From Candidatus Thorarchaeota archaeon (lineage in GTDB: Archaea; Asgardarchaeota; Thorarchaeia; Thorarchaeales; Thorarchaeaceae): DNA of 25,625 nt. The notes under the pieces were generated by a model. It saw only the letters and a list, made by a program, of their open reading frames with translations. It was not told the origin of the DNA and searched no databases. The position numbers and the translations under genes are program-made. The stretch's first letter is position 1, and every line of letters begins with the position of its first letter. Positions 24,185 to 25,625 of the stretch are shown in pieces. Location of the stretch: the NCBI GenBank assembly GCA_003345545.1, contig PRDH01000007.1:1-25625 (forward strand), given 5' to 3'.

Positions 24185-24850
24185 CTACTTCGATTTTTCT
24201 ACTTCTTCTCTCACAAAATCAAAGACTGCCTTTGCAAGAGCGTTAGTATCCTTCTGGTGGATGCCTGCGGCATCCTTCCCAAACAAGTCCTTCAGCAAGC
24301 GCAGGGTCTTTCTGGATGCATCTCTGTCTTCAATGGCGTTCTTCACGACTTCACGGAGCTTCATAGTATAGTCAATGTCGCCATCGATGTACTGGTCGAT
24401 GTAGGCACGAGCAGAGGCTTCTGCCCCTGGATCTTCTACAAGACCTCCCTCAGATGCCCAGAGAGCAAGCTCAGATGCCGCAGTTTCTGGTGCATCTGAT
24501 GCGTGTGCAATATTGATTCCAGCCCAGATACCATACTTGCCTCTCAAGGAATCTGGTGCAGCCTTTTGGACAAAGGTCGCGCCCAGGGCATTTCGAACAC
24601 CTTGGATAACGCCGTCAGCCTCAAAGATCATGGCTATCACAGGGGCCGAGCAAATGAAACTTACAAGCCAATGGAAAAAGGGCTTTTCTCTATGAACAGC
24701 ATAGTGCATCTTTGCCAGAGACTCGGACACCTTCATCTCTCGAAAAGCTACTAGCTTGTATCCTCGGCCAATGAGTGCCTGTAGCACCAAGGCGCTCACC
24801 CGCCGTCTTGCAGTACCATCGGGTTTGATAATCACAAGGGACCGTTCCAA
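24185..24850 (-). CDS. ndk: Nucleoside diphosphate kinase with ~85-aa C-terminal extension
   Basis: ERSLVIIKPDG, HYAVHREKPFF, RNALGAT, PDSLRG and the phospho-His motif NIAHASD. TTG start follows GGTGA. Confidence 0.93.
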   Translation of the reverse strand: MERSLVIIKPDGTARRRVSALVLQALIGRGYKLVAFREMKVSESLAKMHYAVHREKPFFHWLVSFICSAPVIAMIFEADGVIQGVRNALGATFVQKAAPDSLRGKYGIWAGINIAHASDAPETAASELALWASEGGLVEDPGAEASARAYIDQYIDGDIDYTMKLREVVKNAIEDRDASRKTLRLLKDLFGKDAAGIHQKDTNALAKAVFDFVREEVEKSK

Positions 24851-25038
24851 GGCAAATCACCATCTTTGATAATGCGAGAATTGTATCCACAGGTTCCGGC
24901 AGAATAGATGCTGAATATAATCCATTTCATTCAGCACTGAACAGAACCATGATCACAATTCAGAGGAGTAGTGTATGAAACGACACTTTCATAACGCATT
25001 TGCCGTGACCTCAGGCAGTTCTTCTATGAGGTGTGCTG

Positions 25039-25625
25039 ATGGCCGAGTCTGGAAAACTACGTTCGCCAATTGTGACAGTCCTTGGTCACATCGATCATGG
25101 AAAGACCTCTCTCCTTGATAAGATGCGTGGGACTGCCGTCCAAGCCAGAGAAGTAGGAGGAATGACACAGCATATTGGTGCATCTTTCTTTCCAACCGAA
25201 ACGATTCTCTCAATCTGTGGGACTCTGCTTGATGCGGTTAAGACAGAATTGACTATTGATGGCCTGCTGTTCATTGACACCCCTGGTCATGAAGCATATC
25301 TGAATCTGAGAAGACGAGGCGGGGCCATAGCAGACATCGCAATACTAGTCATTGATATCAACGAGGGTCTTCTAAGTCAGTCATATGAGTCCCTAAAGAT
25401 ACTCATGTCTGGCAAGACACCGTTTCTCATTGCTGCGAACAAGCTCGACAAGGTCCCAGGATGGATAGACAGAGAGGGATTATCGCTCTTTCAGAGCATC
25501 AAAGCCCAGACCATGTCAGTACAGACGGAGGTCGATCGAAGAATATACGAGATTGTGGGCTCACTCTCTGCGAATGGCATCCAATCAGAGCGATTCGATC
25601 GCGTGAAGGATTTCACCAAGACTGA
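25039..25625 (+). CDS. infB: Translation initiation factor aIF5B/IF-2 (truncated by window edge)
   Basis: Absent from the ORF track (no stop in window). ATG 25039 reads MAESGKLRSPIVTVLGHIDHGKTSLLD..GGMTQHIGA..FIDTPGHE..AANKLD. Confidence 0.97.
   Translation, partial: MAESGKLRSPIVTVLGHIDHGKTSLLDKMRGTAVQAREVGGMTQHIGASFFPTETILSICGTLLDAVKTELTIDGLLFIDTPGHEAYLNLRRRGGAIADIAILVIDINEGLLSQSYESLKILMSGKTPFLIAANKLDKVPGWIDREGLSLFQSIKAQTMSVQTEVDRRIYEIVGSLSANGIQSERFDRVKDFTKT

Noticed and set aside
1-25625. Selenocysteine/pyrrolysine recoding, CRISPR arrays, tandem repeats, rRNA
   Set aside because: Recognised proteins appear full length with no in-frame stop splitting a domain, and no repeat-spacer or rRNA-like sequence was seen by eye. 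A computational scan was not possible.

Overview
Archaeal core-genome window, most consistent with an Asgard archaeon (Thorarchaeia-like). The assignment is an inference from PolD, Elf1, an Arf-like small GTPase, G1P dehydrogenase and archaeal ribosomal/RNAP operons occurring together. Left to right: the PolD large subunit DP2 (runs off the left edge) head-to-head with a multi-OB, Zn-finger RPA; a group II cysteine desulfurase with a small Cys-containing winged-helix gene upstream; elf1; two small ORFs hidden in the ORF track (a 38-aa membrane peptide and a 76-aa helical protein) leading into an Lhr helicase and EngB; a secreted, membrane-anchored GIFT/IFT52-like protein ending in KKxx; a SWS1/ZSWIM7-like SWIM protein divergent from a COG1407-type metallophosphoesterase; tRNA-Pro(CGG) with a non-canonical 30-nt D-arm intron; an AT-rich orphan membrane gene; a four-gene archaeal-type mevalonate operon (mvk, UbiD-type decarboxylase, AcnX large and small subunits); rpoD-rpl18e-rpl13-rps9-rpoN-rps2; an Arf-like GTPase; egsA; rpl7ae (with a 5' K-turn)-rps28e-rpl24e; an inverted, C-terminally extended ndk; and the 5' part of infB. 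No CRISPR array, mobile element or rRNA was seen. No clearly new multi-gene system is demonstrable from sequence alone. The best leads are the kinetoplastid-like mevalonate kinase, the GIFT-TM-KKxx protein, the wHTH-Cys3/SufS pair and the small ORFs coupled to Lhr. All homology calls come from motif recognition and recall, not from database searches.
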